Shown: positions 39,731 to 52,600 of the stretch, in pieces
How positions within the stretch are numbered: position 1 is the stretch's first letter
How the letters are laid out: every line of letters starts with the position of its first letter
Assembly (NCBI GenBank): GCA_965637545.1
Contig: OZ281499.1
Span: 25,482,001 to 25,546,000 of the forward strand
Source of the DNA: Phallusia mammillata
Lineage: Eukaryota
Length of the DNA stretch: 64,000 bases
Reading direction: 5' to 3'
Position numbers and translations under genes: made by a program
The notes under the pieces: generated by a model
What the model was told of the DNA's origin: nothing
What the model saw: only the letters and a program-made list of their open reading frames with translations
Database searches by the model: none

Positions 39731-42700
39731 TCAACTCATAGACTTTTTATTTGCAATGTCCCGAATTGCTTGGTCAATGCTGTTTTGGTCGCTCAGAGCT
39801 ATGAGTGTGGATTGATTTCCCAGCACACGATCTCTTATCGGCGCAACAACTTCGGGCATAATGGTAAGTGTAACAACGCCACATGATTCAGAACTTATTG
39901 GTACAACACCATAAAACAGACGTTTCTTGCACTCTGGTTCAGGTGTGTCTTTGTCATCTTTCGATTTGCATAGGTCTTGGATGTAAGTCTCATAAGAGAA
40001 CAGTTTAGTGCTTTGCTTGCGTTCCAGCTTAACTGGCTTTTTGGAATTGGAATCCTGGTCGAAATGATAAACTCTCACTTCACATAATCTCGTTCCATAC
40101 AAATTGCCATCTGTGTCAGCTTGTAGAATTATTCCCTGATCTGCTGCCTCTAAGGTTTGTTTCACATTGGGGTCTTTACCTAAGCATATACAATACCATA
40201 AAAATCAACCCAGTATTTCTGACACAATATGTGTAATATCCAACGAACAGAGTTTTCTTGAATTTGATAAAGTAAACTACAGCAAACTGACATCATTTAA
40301 TCCAGGTCTTCGCCAGATTAACACAAAACTTGAGATACAAATGATTTTAATGTGGTAAGGCTTTAACTAATGGACATTGGTTAATCCAGAACTTTCCAAT
40401 ACATTTTTTTTGGTTCAAATAGGTCCAGATTAACCAAGGTTTACTGTAGATTGCCTGGAGTACAGGTTTTATATTTCTAAAGCAAAGTGTTTATTAACCA
40501 AAGTGAAGCAAAAACCTTCATATGTTGGAAACTCTAGTGCTGATGTCTTAAATTCCTCTGGCACATTTCCCAATGTTGTCAGGGTGAGATCAAATACTTG
40601 ATGTACATCTTTTCCATATAACAGCCTATGTGCTTCTTTGAAATCAATAAACCATCTTTTAACAAGCACATTACTGTAGAATAACTGAACTGTGTACAAG
40701 GTTAAGGCATCTGCAAAACAAATAAAACCATTAGATTCTTGAACATTTTATGTGTTTAAACATACTTATGTTTATTCCAAGGCCAAAAGCATTCAGGTTT
40801 TGGTGAACCTTTGGCAAATCATTCATCTGTTGGAAGGAGTTTGCTGTAATCAAAACATTGTAGAAAACAATTTATATTTCATGGTATGAAATGTGTTTTC
40901 ATTTGTTGCTATTGTATGACAAACTAACATTGCCCAGTATTTTTTACAGCCTTCTGAATTGGTTTAAACTGTTTATCTCCAAATCATAACTTTGTACGGC
41001 GATTATTTGCATACTTAAGAGCTGAAAGAGGTCTTGATGTTGCCGCCTTGTTTTTCACATTAAACTTGCTGCTATAAACAGTAAACACACTACAAATTGT
41101 CATTACACAACACTAAGCATTACTTTGCATTTCACAAAAGGGCAGCTGGTTTTGACTGGTGTGGTCCTGGGGCAGAGTTGGATGTTGCTGGTAATCATTA
41201 CAAGAATATGATGTTTGTGGGATTAATTCACTGACTCCTTGTGTTTTAAACGACATATTTGAAACAAGCTGGGTGACGTCAGCTTCTTCAAACTGAATAT
41301 TAGTCTGTAATATAAGAAATGTGTTTTAGATCACTTTTATTTATTAGTTAATTGGGGAAGTAACATCTTGTAAGACCAATGTCATTATTTCAAGATTTTC
41401 TTTTTTAGTTTCAAAACTATGATATTGTGTTTTGCCAAGTTTACAAACTGAAATTACTAAAAAATGTTGTATATAAAGAGCAGATTATGGGCTTACAGCA
41501 AGTTCCATATCTTCCATCAGTTGATTTTCGGGATTTGGAGTCGGATCTTGAACAGTAGCAACTGATTCTATGAACATACAAAACAGGAACATAAAGAGTT
41601 TGGCTTAAACATATCAGTTTAACTTTATTTACCTGATGCAACAGGTGAAAAGTTGGAATAAGCTGGACTTTGTTTGATTGAACCCTGGTCACTTTTCTTG
41701 CGTTCCTTTGCTTCTTTCACTCGTCTGGCTTTGGCTGTAAAAAATATTTGTATGTCGTCACTTTGCCACAGAAACTAACATAGATTCTGAATACTTGATA
41801 CAGAGCATCGCTATTTTGATGCTTGGTGTTCAGCAAAGCAGGTGCACAAACTGACCCAAGCATTAAATTTGCACATTCATGCCCAACATGTGAAATTAAG
41901 TGTGTTTGTGCTTAAAAATGGCCAAGCACTCATGGAGAGATGAAGCATTAATGTAAGATGCTCAGTGTTTGACCAAACAGAACATTTGCACTTTTGGCCC
42001 ATCACTACTGCTTTTTGCAAGTATGTTGCATGTGTGGCATAGGTTTAGGTTTCTTTTAGTTGAAGCAATGTAGCTAACATTTATCCGAAGACAAGCAAAA
42101 GATACAATGTCACTTGCCTTTGCTTTCTGATGGATTTAGCAGTTTGTAAACCCTGTAGTTGTTAGATTGTTGGTCCAACTTGTGCAGGTGTTCCATTTCT
42201 TGGAAATCGTTTGATTTGTGTAGAGCATTTCTAAAGTTGTCTTTCAGCTTTGACTTTTTAGTATCAGGATCCACCATTTTACCATTTCTTTCAGCCCAAA
42301 GCTAGAATGGAAAAAATGTTCAATTCAGCACATATAATATATTAGGGTCAGCAACATTTTGAATGTCGATTACTTTGTGATGTTAAGTAACAATAGCTTC
42401 AAGTGCTAGGATTTTTATGTGTAATGGTGGGCTGCGAGGGGCAGGTTTGTGCAAGCATAGTCAAAAAGTAGGTAGATTCATGCAAGTTCTGTTGTTTTTA
42501 CATTACGTCATAACAACATAAACAAGCACTATAACTGTTCGAATTGAATCCAAAATATTTAAATACAAATCCCTGGCATGCCATGCATAGTCACCACAAT
42601 TGCAAATCTTGTCATGCATGCCAGGGGTTGCTAAGCCTTTTTTAATAAGAGTGTAGTGTCTGTGTCATGTTGTTAAACTACATATGTATCAGCCTAGTGC

Positions 42701-43039
42701 ACCACATCAATCAAATCACCCCGGTTGCCAACCTTGCCACATGTACTAGGGGCTGCGGACCCCTGTAATATAAGTTAAGTATATGTTTTGTTTTTATACT
42801 GTAAATACATGTGCCTGACCTACAGGAACACACACAAAACATTATGCTCAATAAGACAAATCAACAAAAACCTTGAACAGCTTTTCCTCGGCCTGTGAGC
42901 ATTCTCCTTGTTTGTTCCAAGGAATTCGGATCAATGAGCTGTCATCAGGATCCCAAATAAGATTGGGAATATCTTTGTTCTTTAATCTTCTCAGCAACCA
43001 ATGACGCATTGTAAGCCCTTGTTCACTTTCCAGCTCCAT
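39731..43039 (-). CDS. IRF: Interferon regulatory factor-like protein, distal copy (475 aa; IRF DBD plus IAD1/SMAD-FHA-like domain)
   Basis: Exons (minus) 43039-42872, 42301-42118 (GC donor), 41734-41633, 41567-41497, 41304-41124, 40843-40766, 40710-40516, 40179-39731; 1428 nt, open frame. MRHWL...IWDPD...RIPW...LWAER...NFRNALHKSNDF...NYRVYKL; C-terminal QGIILQADTDGNLYGTRLC...KLERKQSTKLFS. Confidence 0.88.
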
Positions 43040-43772
43040 CAATGAAGAACTAAAAAGTTTATGAATTATGGAAAATAGGGTAAAGATATAGTGATGTGGA
43101 ATTCACTGCTTGTTTCATGAATATATAAAGAGATGAGAGAATTTTTACAAAAAAACTTACATTTTTTAAATATATAAAGGTAAAATAATTCTTAAATCAG
43201 AAAACATTCTGGAGATTGAAATACTAACTTCATTTTAAATGTCAAGTTTTTCTTTGTTTCTTGTTTTCTTTGTTTCTTTTCTTGTTGATCAAGTTTAATA
43301 ATCAAAGATTAAATTTAAATTAACAACAAGCCCTAAAAATCACAAATAGGAGTTATGAAGATTGGATAGAAAAAAAGAAAAAGTGCACTGGAAACTTAAC
43401 ACAGACAGTTTGTACAAATTTGAAACTGTACACAGAAGAGCAATACAGTATAAAGTATAGGTCAATTATTGTGTACGCAACTCGGTTTAAACAGATAAAC
43501 ACATTTTGTTACAAAACTATGAAGTGCACCATTTAAAAGCAAAGCAGTACCACCCAGAGCAATTGAAACAAAAGTTTTGGCAAGTTCATAAGAAAACTAT
43601 GTAACAACTACAAGTATGCACATAGTAAATATTATCTTTGTGTAAGGTAAAATCTTTTTCACAAAATGCATATATCTTGAAAAACAATAATATACAGTGA
43701 CTGTTTTAAGGTTCCAATGTGGTAAGGAAGGTATTTTAAGATTGCAAGTATACACAACAATCAGGTGAATGT

Positions 43773-46700
43773 TTATGTGCTTTTCATTTGCAAATGTTCC
43801 AAGCTTTCAACAATTCTGTCAACACTGTCTGGATTACTAAGTAGCACCATGCTACTTTTCTTTGAGGTGTCACAGCCCTGCATTCCAGTTTTGATTTGTG
43901 CAACAAACTTAGGTATTATTGTCATGGAAACAGTTCCGGAAGAAGCAATGCTGTGTGGCTCATTGCCAAAAAACAATCGCTTTGTCTCCAAGATAGGTTC
44001 GCCATGGTTTAAGAGCTGTAACATCAGCGTTTCGTAGGAAAATAGTTTTGTTTCTTTTCCCCGCTGCAACTTTACATGCCCTAAAGTGGGTGTCTCTTGG
44101 TCAAAGTGGAAAATTTGTGTCATACACGCTCGCGTGCAGAACAGATTTCCATTGTCGTCACTGCGTAAAGTCAAACCCTGGCCCATGTGCTTGAGAATAA
44201 TTAAAATTTTGTTGTCAAGTCCTGCAAACATAATTACTAGGCGTTAAATCTTTGCCAAAAAAACAAAGTACTGATAAAACTTTAGTAGCAACATAACGAT
44301 TGTTTGTTGATTATAACAAGTTAGTAAGAATAAAGCTGAAATTAGCAAAAAAGTTAGAGGGTATGAAATGTATATTGGCCTAGATATAAAAAATAAAAAT
44401 GAAATATAAGTTAAGACATGGGCTGAACTATACAGAGTATTGTTTATGCAAAAGCTCTTGGGTGCTGTTTTAAATTAACAATTATTTTGTGGAAAATACT
44501 GAACAAGCGTTTCGTCCACCAGGTTGCATATTAACCAAATTTGTTAAATTTTTTTGTGAACAGTTGTAGTAGGTATTTGCCTGCACCAAAACAATTACTT
44601 TGTACCTGAGTAAGCAGGAAACTCCATTTCAGCCATCAGGAAATGTTTTGGAGCTGTTTCTGGAGTGTATCCATTGTCTGCCAGTTTTTGCAACTGTTTC
44701 TGGCAATTTTCGTGATGAAATCGTGTTTCAGTCTTCAAGTTTACTTCTTGAACACCAACAAGTTCTTTGTCATAGTACAATTCAATTGTGTAAAGTGACA
44801 GATATTCTGAAAGACAAAACAGGGTACTATTTTTAACAATATGTTATGTCTTGCAAACACAGTGCACTTTTTATGTCAAATATTGTAACAACAAAATATC
44901 TTTAGGTTTTTTTTTCCAAATTGATTTCACAAAAATTGAAGCTACTTACCATATATTGCAGATAAACCAAGCAATAGTAACATTTGGTAAAGAATGGGTT
45001 TGTTGTTGTCAGTGATGCTTGTGTCAACTGAAAAAAGTTTTTGATAAAAATATTGACACAAAATGTTTAATTCTTTAGGTTTTGTTATGGCGAAATCTTA
45101 GTGCTTTGTTGGTTTAATGGGAGTTTAAACTCATTGTAAGTTTGTACCTTGTAAAGTTTATTTATTAGTATTTTATTTGTTGTTTTTTTTTTTTGGTGGG
45201 GGGGTCAAATTAACATTGTTGGGATCAAAATACATTGACAGTCATCCTTTAAAAGTTCATATGATTTGCGTGAGAATCATCTACATACCAAATTCTTATC
45301 TATAGACCCAAACACGTAATTTACCATTGTTTTGTTGCACTGGGTATGAGTCCTGAATAGGTGCTTGGTCCTGGTCATGGTTTTGGTGAATTTCAAATGA
45401 ATTTTCATAATGATTCTGACCCGCTAATAAATGTTCAATATCCTGGCAAAAAACAAAGTTATCTAAATGGGAGCTAAAATTTGAACAGTTCCTATTTAGA
45501 GATGTTCCTGTTATTGAACCTTTAAAGTTTTTGTTTCGTTTCTCCTCGGTAAACAGACAACACCTGAATACGTTATGCCCACAAGAAATCCGTCGTTGAG
45601 CTGCCTGTTTTGTTGCAAGTTTTTTGATCATTTTTAATTTAATTTTTTCGACTTTAATTTAGTTTAACCCATTGGGAACAACTGGGTTTGGACCAATGAA
45701 GTTCCTTTCTCAAGGAAACACAAGCAATCGACATGGGATTAGAACCTAAAACTTTGTGAACACAAGGCCAACCTTTTGGCCATCTTGGCAATAATAAGTT
45801 GTTGGAAGCTAATGCCAAGAATCTAACCAAGTAAGAACTCAAAGGTCAAAGTAATAATGTGCACATTCTTAAAAATTTTTAATGAATACATTCATACTGG
45901 GATCAGCCCTGAAGTGTCCATACAGACCAGCAATCATGGTATACTTATTCATAAATTATAGTACGCCAGGGGGTATGGGAATGCCTGGTTTGATTTGATA
46001 TAATGCCTTTAATGGATTTGGCGTACTATGATTATTTAAAATATAACTTACATCCCATTCCATTACATCATTTAGACATTGAAACTCCACACGGCCTTTT
46101 GTAGTGTCTTGTGTCATCATATTTGGGCTTTCTGCTGCTAAACAATGCAAATTATTGGTGGTAATGCAAAGTTTGCAATCACTTTATACAAGGCATAGTT
46201 TTTGAAAATCATCTTGCCTTAATGTTTTTAAGTCTTAGCTAATAAAAAGAAATAAAAGACATCTGCCAATGAAACTTAAAAGATCAGCTTTCGGGACAAA
46301 AATCACTTGTGTTTGAGAAGTGTAACCAAAATCATTTGGTATTGCATCAACTTTGTCATATCCACATATTAAATTGTACTAAATGCATTTTTTCAATGTT
46401 TAGTCTTGTGGTTGTTAAGATTTAAAAAGACATTGCACACATTTGAAAAAAGTGCATGTGGAACTAAAAAATCCACATGCTTACAGTTTTAATAATGTAA
46501 CACAGGTATTATTACTTGTTGCCGCAGAAGATGCTTGTGAATTGGTGGAACAATCGCTTTCAGCAGATTTTCGTTTTAGTTTTCTCTGTTTGTTTTCTCT
46601 GGCTCTCTTTACTTCAGCTAAAAATAAAGAAAAACATTCTGAAACCAGACAATGGTGTTAGTTAAAAAACAAAATACCACCTCTGCTTTCTTCTACGGTT

Positions 46701-48246
46701 CGCAGCCTATAAACTCTGTAGTTGTTGGATTGCTTGTTTAACTCGTGTAACTCTGGTCTTTCCTCGAAGTCATGTGATTTATTTAGAGTATTTCTGAAAT
46801 TGTTTCTTCGTGTCGTTTTTCCACTTTCTGGGTCCACTTTGTCACCATGTCTTTCTGCCCAAAGCTGAAAAATTAAGTAACAGTAAAATAAATTTGGCAA
46901 GGTTTTAAAGTAATGTATTAGAGTTTATCTGTTTTGTGTTTGTAATGCTGGAGCAGGGGTCGGCAACCCCTGGCACACATGCCAAAGTTGGCATGCGAGG
47001 TGGTTTTTCATGGCACGCCAAACGGTTTGCGTGTTTATATTGAAGAAACAACTTAACCTGTTACACTGCTTGTTTATAGTTTTTGTTATTTCATTGTCTT
47101 AAAATTTAGCCTTACATGCACAAAACACTCTGCTTTCTCTTTATTATTGATATCTGCTGGCACGAACAACTATTTTTTAGAAAAAACGTAGGCACGCAAG
47201 GTCATTAACACACGGAAATAACCAGTAAATTGGCACGCGTCACGTAAAAGTTTGCCGACCCCTGTGCTAGAGTAATCATCGCTATGTTACAAAGGGCTTG
47301 TTATCATTTTTATTTTTTCTGTTACGCTCATATTGATTTAATTTTCCAGTACTAAAACTCAGGATAGTACAAATCTTTAGCTGACCATTTATTCAACACT
47401 TACTAAATGTATGTTTTAAATGTAATGTATGCCACTTCTAAGGACTGTGATTTTGTGAAACCTTATCTTTTAATATTTCATTGAACAAAATGCCCAAAAC
47501 ATAACCTTTAGTGAGAGAAGGATCAATAACCTACCTCAAATATTTTTAGATTAAAAACCATTACTATACCAGTTAAGATGAACATAAATTCATAACTGGG
47601 ATCAGCCCTGAAGTGTCTATGCAGACCAGCGATCATGGCACACTCATCTATAAATCACAGTACGCCAGGCCCATTGAATGTGACATACCAAATCAGTCAG
47701 TCACCAAGCATTCACCACCATATGGCAAGGCGTAGGCTAGAAAAATCTAGCCTGCGGTGGGATTTGAACCCACGACAGGAGTCTTTCCGGGACTCGCGCT
47801 CTACCAACTGAGCTACACAGGCTCAGTGGAGAATCCGCCGAAAGTCGAATCACAAGCACCGTTGCCTGCCTCGTATGCTGCACACGGTGGTAAATGCTTG
47901 GTGACCGGCTGATTCGGCATGGCGCCTTCAATGGGCCTGGCGTACTGTGATTCATTACTATACCAGTTATTTATCTGATTTAATGTGGTTGTGTTTTGTG
48001 TTAAAATCATGGATAAGTCCATAATCATCTTTTACCTTAACGATTAACCTAATTGCAAAAAAACAAACGTCAACATAAACCCACCAAAAACAGTTTATCT
48101 TCAGCCTCTGAACTTTCCCCTTGTCTGTTCCACGGAATTCGGATCAATGAATTATCATCAGGGTCATAAATTAGATTCGGAATTTCATTTCTTTCCAACA
48201 AGTTTAACAACCAGGGTCTCAATGTCAGACCTCGGTCACAAGCCAT
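43773..48246 (-). CDS. IRF: Interferon regulatory factor-like protein, middle copy (459 aa)
   Basis: Exons (minus) 48246-48085, 46864-46681, 46617-46516, 46137-46052, 45442-45325, 45027-44950, 44806-44606, 44221-43773; 1380 nt. Exon lengths 184, 102, 78 and 449 equal those of the distal copy. The linker exons are less certain than the DBD and IAD exons. Confidence 0.86.
45650..45790 (-). mobile_element. tRNA-derived SINE family B, second copy
   Basis: Aligns with 7813-7947. The minus strand has GGCCAAAAGGTTGG...GGTTCTAATCCC...GTGTTTCCTTGAGAAAGGAACT. Confidence 0.6.
45893..46033. mobile_element. Family A internal-deletion derivative (both arms partly retained, tRNA core lost)
   Basis: CTGGGATCAGCCCTGAAGTGTC..AGTACGCCAGG matches 47596-47670 and is joined directly to GGGAATGCCTGG...TGGCGTACTATGATT. 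Confidence 0.65.
46954..47264. mobile_element. hAT-superfamily MITE
   Basis: TIRs CAGGGGTCGGCAA / TTGCCGACCCCTG; 8-bp TSD TGCTGGAG / TGCTAGAG (one mismatch). Confidence 0.9.
47591..47955. mobile_element. Palindromic tRNA-SINE-like family A, most complete copy
   Basis: Minus-strand tRNA-like cloverleaf at 47822-47750, flanked by ~70-bp inverted arms (47653-47725 versus 47880-47955; AATCACAGTACGCCAGGCCCATTGAA is an exact inverted match). Confidence 0.8.
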
Positions 48247-49674
48247 CTGCAAAAATACATAATTTTAATCAAAGTATGTATAAAACATAAGTTGTCCAAC
48301 CCATTGTTATGCGACAAAATTTAAGAAGTTTTACATAATACAGTGAGACACAAAATTGCATCCATGAGGATCCATCACTTAATAATGGGTTGGACTGCTT
48401 GTGTTTTATTTAGACTTTGATTTTAAAAGAGTCATGTTATTCAAACAGTTTAAATTTAACATATTTTACAATTTCTAAAGAAGCAACCATAGCACACACT
48501 TTAAACATAAAATCCAAAAGGAATTTTTAACATCATGATGGCTAATTTTTTTGGTAAGTATAAAATGGCAAGTCTTTTTCAATGCTCTATGTCCTAGTTT
48601 TGTACTGTGAGGAGAACTTAGCATAAACAGAACATGGAATTAGGTAATCTATCACACCACAAGTAAAAAAAACAGGCAAAATATTCTAATATTATCAGAA
48701 GTTGAATCTTTTGCAATGTATATTTTTTTACCTTTAGAGCAAAATATGGAGAAAGTTGAAAAAATTTACCAAAGAAAGTTGCTTGGTTCAGGAGTGTTTG
48801 AAAATTCAGTTTTTAACCTCTTAACTTTAACAAAGCTAAAATGCAAAAACACAATATTGTTACTACATGAAAATCGCTTCAAGACACAAACAGCAACAGA
48901 TTGTTGTTAAAAGTCAGTAGCATTTGTGAATAGCATAGTTTAAAAACATCATGAACAACTAAGCAGATTGAAAAAAGAAATTTGCATCATAGCTAAAGTA
49001 CAGATCACTTCGGTTAATTGCTTCATAAATTTAAGAAATTTAATTAAAATTTACTTCAAATTTAATTTGCAACATGGTAAGGCTTGAACGTCAGTATACC
49101 TTGGTCTTTGCCTAATCCAGACAAATTTTTTGGCCCAAATGGGTGCGAAATAATCAAGGTTAACTGTTACTGCAATCACAAAAACGGTTTAGAAAACTAT
49201 GAGATACATTTGTGCAGTTGACAAGTAAACACAAAAAAAAGTAACAATTCCAAAAGCATATAATACATGTCTACAGTGAAGGAATGCAAAAATACACGCA
49301 TACTAAACTTTTTGAAAAATATCTAAATCATTATACAGTAAAGCAAAAACATGACAAATAATACTGTAAGTATGACGAATAATAGAATCTAATATTTACA
49401 CAACTTGCTACTTTCAAGATTAATGAATACAGTAAACTGTGATGTGTGATGCCAAATTTTTATTAAAGCTTTATGAATGTCCCTATTTACAAGACAATTC
49501 AGTGTGATCTGATTTTAATGACCCTTTAATGATGACCCGTCGGAGTTGCTTTACTTATAAGGAGATTTCAATAATAAGAAAAGATTTACTATGTCTCTAT
49601 TTACATTTTAATTTTTTTTCAAACTTACACCCATTTTATTTTACAAACAAGTGTTTGACAGTGTTTTAGTGTTG

Positions 49675-52600
49675 TTATTTGGCTCCCAAATTCATAGAAT
49701 CAGTTTGGCGAATCAACCAATCCACTGAGTTTTCAATGCTATACGCTGGTTGTGTCATATCGTTTCCGATGACATATTGCATTATATCATCAGCAAGTAC
49801 TGGCATAAGAGTGATACTGACCAAGCCAAAAGAATCATGATGCTTAGGTCGAATACCGATATGAAGTCTAACTGTAGAAGCAGGAGTTGTGGTAGCTGGG
49901 TCGTTTTTGTGTTGAATACACATTCCAATGAAAGTTTCATAGGAAAATATTTTGGTTTGGGTTTTTCGCTCGAGCTTTATTGGTTTTTCATTTTCGTTGC
50001 CTTGTTCATAGTAATATACATGATCTTGGCAAAGTCGTGTAACAAACATGTTTCCATTGTTGTCCATTGATAAAACTACTCCCTGATCAAACTTCCCGAG
50101 AACTTCTTCAACCAAAGGGTCTGTACCTGTTATAAAAATGAATAATGTCAAATTTAACAAGGCATGCAGGAAAGCACTTAAAAGCAAGGTTTCCGTAAGG
50201 TTTCCTAGCCCAGTTTTTATAAGTTGCAAACAAATTTTGGCTACCATGGTAAAAATTACAAAATTTAAACTGCCCTTTTTTGTTTACTTTGTCTTAAAGC
50301 TACTTTTAGCAAACTGAAATTTGCACAAAATATTACAACAGCAGGCAGTTCTGACTTTGAATTGAGTACTAGCACACAAAAACTTGGTCCAGCTTTGATG
50401 AAAAAGGTGGACAAAGTGTTTATCAAAAAACTGTAATAGCAAAATTTGTTTGCAAAAGACAGTCACATTGTGGTGGTTAATACACAAACCTTGAATTTCT
50501 GGAAGTTGAGTGGATAAGGTTTTAAATTCTGAGGGCAATTGACTGCGCACAGCAAGGATGCCAAGTTTTTGGTCCATTTCTGGACCATAATGTAAACGAT
50601 GCTCGTCATTCAGGAAAACAACCGTCTCTCCAACTTGATTTTTCCGATAGCGCACAACAACATGACACTGCCATATTTTTGAAGCTAAGAAACAAAAATA
50701 TTTCCTTGTACTTAGTTTCCTAAACTCAATTCTTTTTACATGCAAATACATATCTACAGAGTTAGGTGAGGTAAGCTGCAGACAGTGCAGACTGTTTCGA
50801 GCTACAAGGTTTCATCAGTGCAGCTGGTGACAAGAGATTGCCTGTATGAGATAATGTTACATCAGTCTAGTTTTACCAGCTGCATTGATGAGACCTTATG
50901 GGCAGAAATGTACTGTCTGTAGTTTTATTTATATGTCATTTGTTTAACTCAGTCAATTAATTAGCTAGTAGCCATCTTTCGGCACTTCAGTTGGGATCAA
51001 CAAGCTAAAAAGCCATTCCTAATCTATTTTGTTTGGTGCCACAACTGGGCATTAACAACAGAAGTAGTTCACAATGCCCAAACAACTGTTTAGGAAAGAA
51101 ACAAAGTTATTTTAATGCTTTTATAGTTGGTGAATTTAAGTGAGACACTCATACAACTTACCATCCATTCCTGGTTGGGACATGATGTGTTGGAAAATAG
51201 ACCCAATTGAGTTGCAAACTTCACCTATAGTTGAAAACAATATAGCTAAACTTTTTCTGTAATGAGTGTACTATTTTACAACACACCAAAAAAACAAGAA
51301 TATTTGCATTGGCCAAGGTGAAAAAGTCACACATTTGTTTTTAGTGAATGTGTATTAAAACAAAGTGTTTGGTTGAACAAACCTGAAATATAAATCAGTA
51401 CACTTACCATTATTTGGTTGCAGAGTATTGATGCTGTCCCCTGACATGGCATCATCATGCATCACATGGGGAACTTAAAAAACAAACAAATATGTTTAAT
51501 AAATTTGTCACTGTTTAAACATTGCAAAAAAGTTGGATTAAGTAACATTTATTAAGCTTAAGTAAAAAACATTTGCACAAGACAGAGTATTCACTAGCAT
51601 CCAAACAAAAAAATAAATAAACCAAAGGTAAATGAAATAGTTGCAATAAATATTTACCAACAGTTGGTTGTTGTGATTCTAGTTCCGTCAATAATGAATC
51701 CACAAAATTTGAATCTAAAAGCACATTTTTTTATATGTCATTTAATAAACATTAAATGTGTAAGGTCAATAGTTTAAATTTTTCACGTTTTGTTTCATAA
51801 AATTTTATGTTTTCCTTTAGCATGCACTGATACCAATATTTCTAATTTGCTTTGCAAATGATAACTTAGATTTCTAATTACATTTGACATGAAACCTCTT
51901 TGCCTAATTTAGGTCCTTTGAGTGTTATAGTATTTGGAAATGGATAGACATAATTTTGTTCAATTGCAAATGTCTGGGAATTTTTAACCTACCCCCTTTA
52001 TTGAGCATCATATTTTCCCCTACAGGGAATTCCCCAGGGGCAGTTTGAAAAAGTTCACTGTCCCTTTCATCTAATAGTTGGTCGAAGTTTGAAACTTGTG
52101 AATGGCTAAAGCTGGAAGCATCACTATATTGTAGATGATAGGTTGACTGGGAATTGTTTGAAACTGGGGAGACCTGAGTGCCAGGCCCATTTAACAAAGG
52201 AGGCTGCAAAAACATAAAAAAGGTTACATTTCAGTTAATCGGTCAATATTTAGGTGGATAAACTAGCAATTTTAATACTAACTGTTTAAAAATACAAGAA
52301 CATACACATTGGTAAAGTATATCTGTTATGATGCATTAAATATAGACCACAGTAGTAAAACATTGGCTTGACAAATGTATGTGGGCTTTAACTTACAATA
52401 AATACAAACACAATTTCTGTAGAATATTAATTTGGTTTTAGTATGATTTACCACATACAGTATTTCTGACATAAGTTTTTTATTTTCTTAGAAATTTGAA
52501 AACAAGATATGTACTTGTACTTCAATTTCTGGCAACGGAAAAAGTAAATATTGTTTCTTATGTTTTCTTTTGCAACTTTTTTATTGCACTCAAAAATACC

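Noticed and set aside
40995-41075. Extra linker exon in the distal IRF
   Set aside because: Stop codons in the required phase; the model closes in frame without it.
2065-42770. Scattered hAT-like ends (~2068, ~23684, ~36784, ~42570-42770)
   Set aside because: Single, decayed termini without matching TIR or TSD; not annotated individually.
47750-47822. Functional tRNA gene (anticodon GGA)
   Set aside because: C instead of U33, an extra base before the anticodon stem, a GGA anticodon without the long variable arm of tRNA-Ser, and embedding in a multi-copy repeat: a SINE head.
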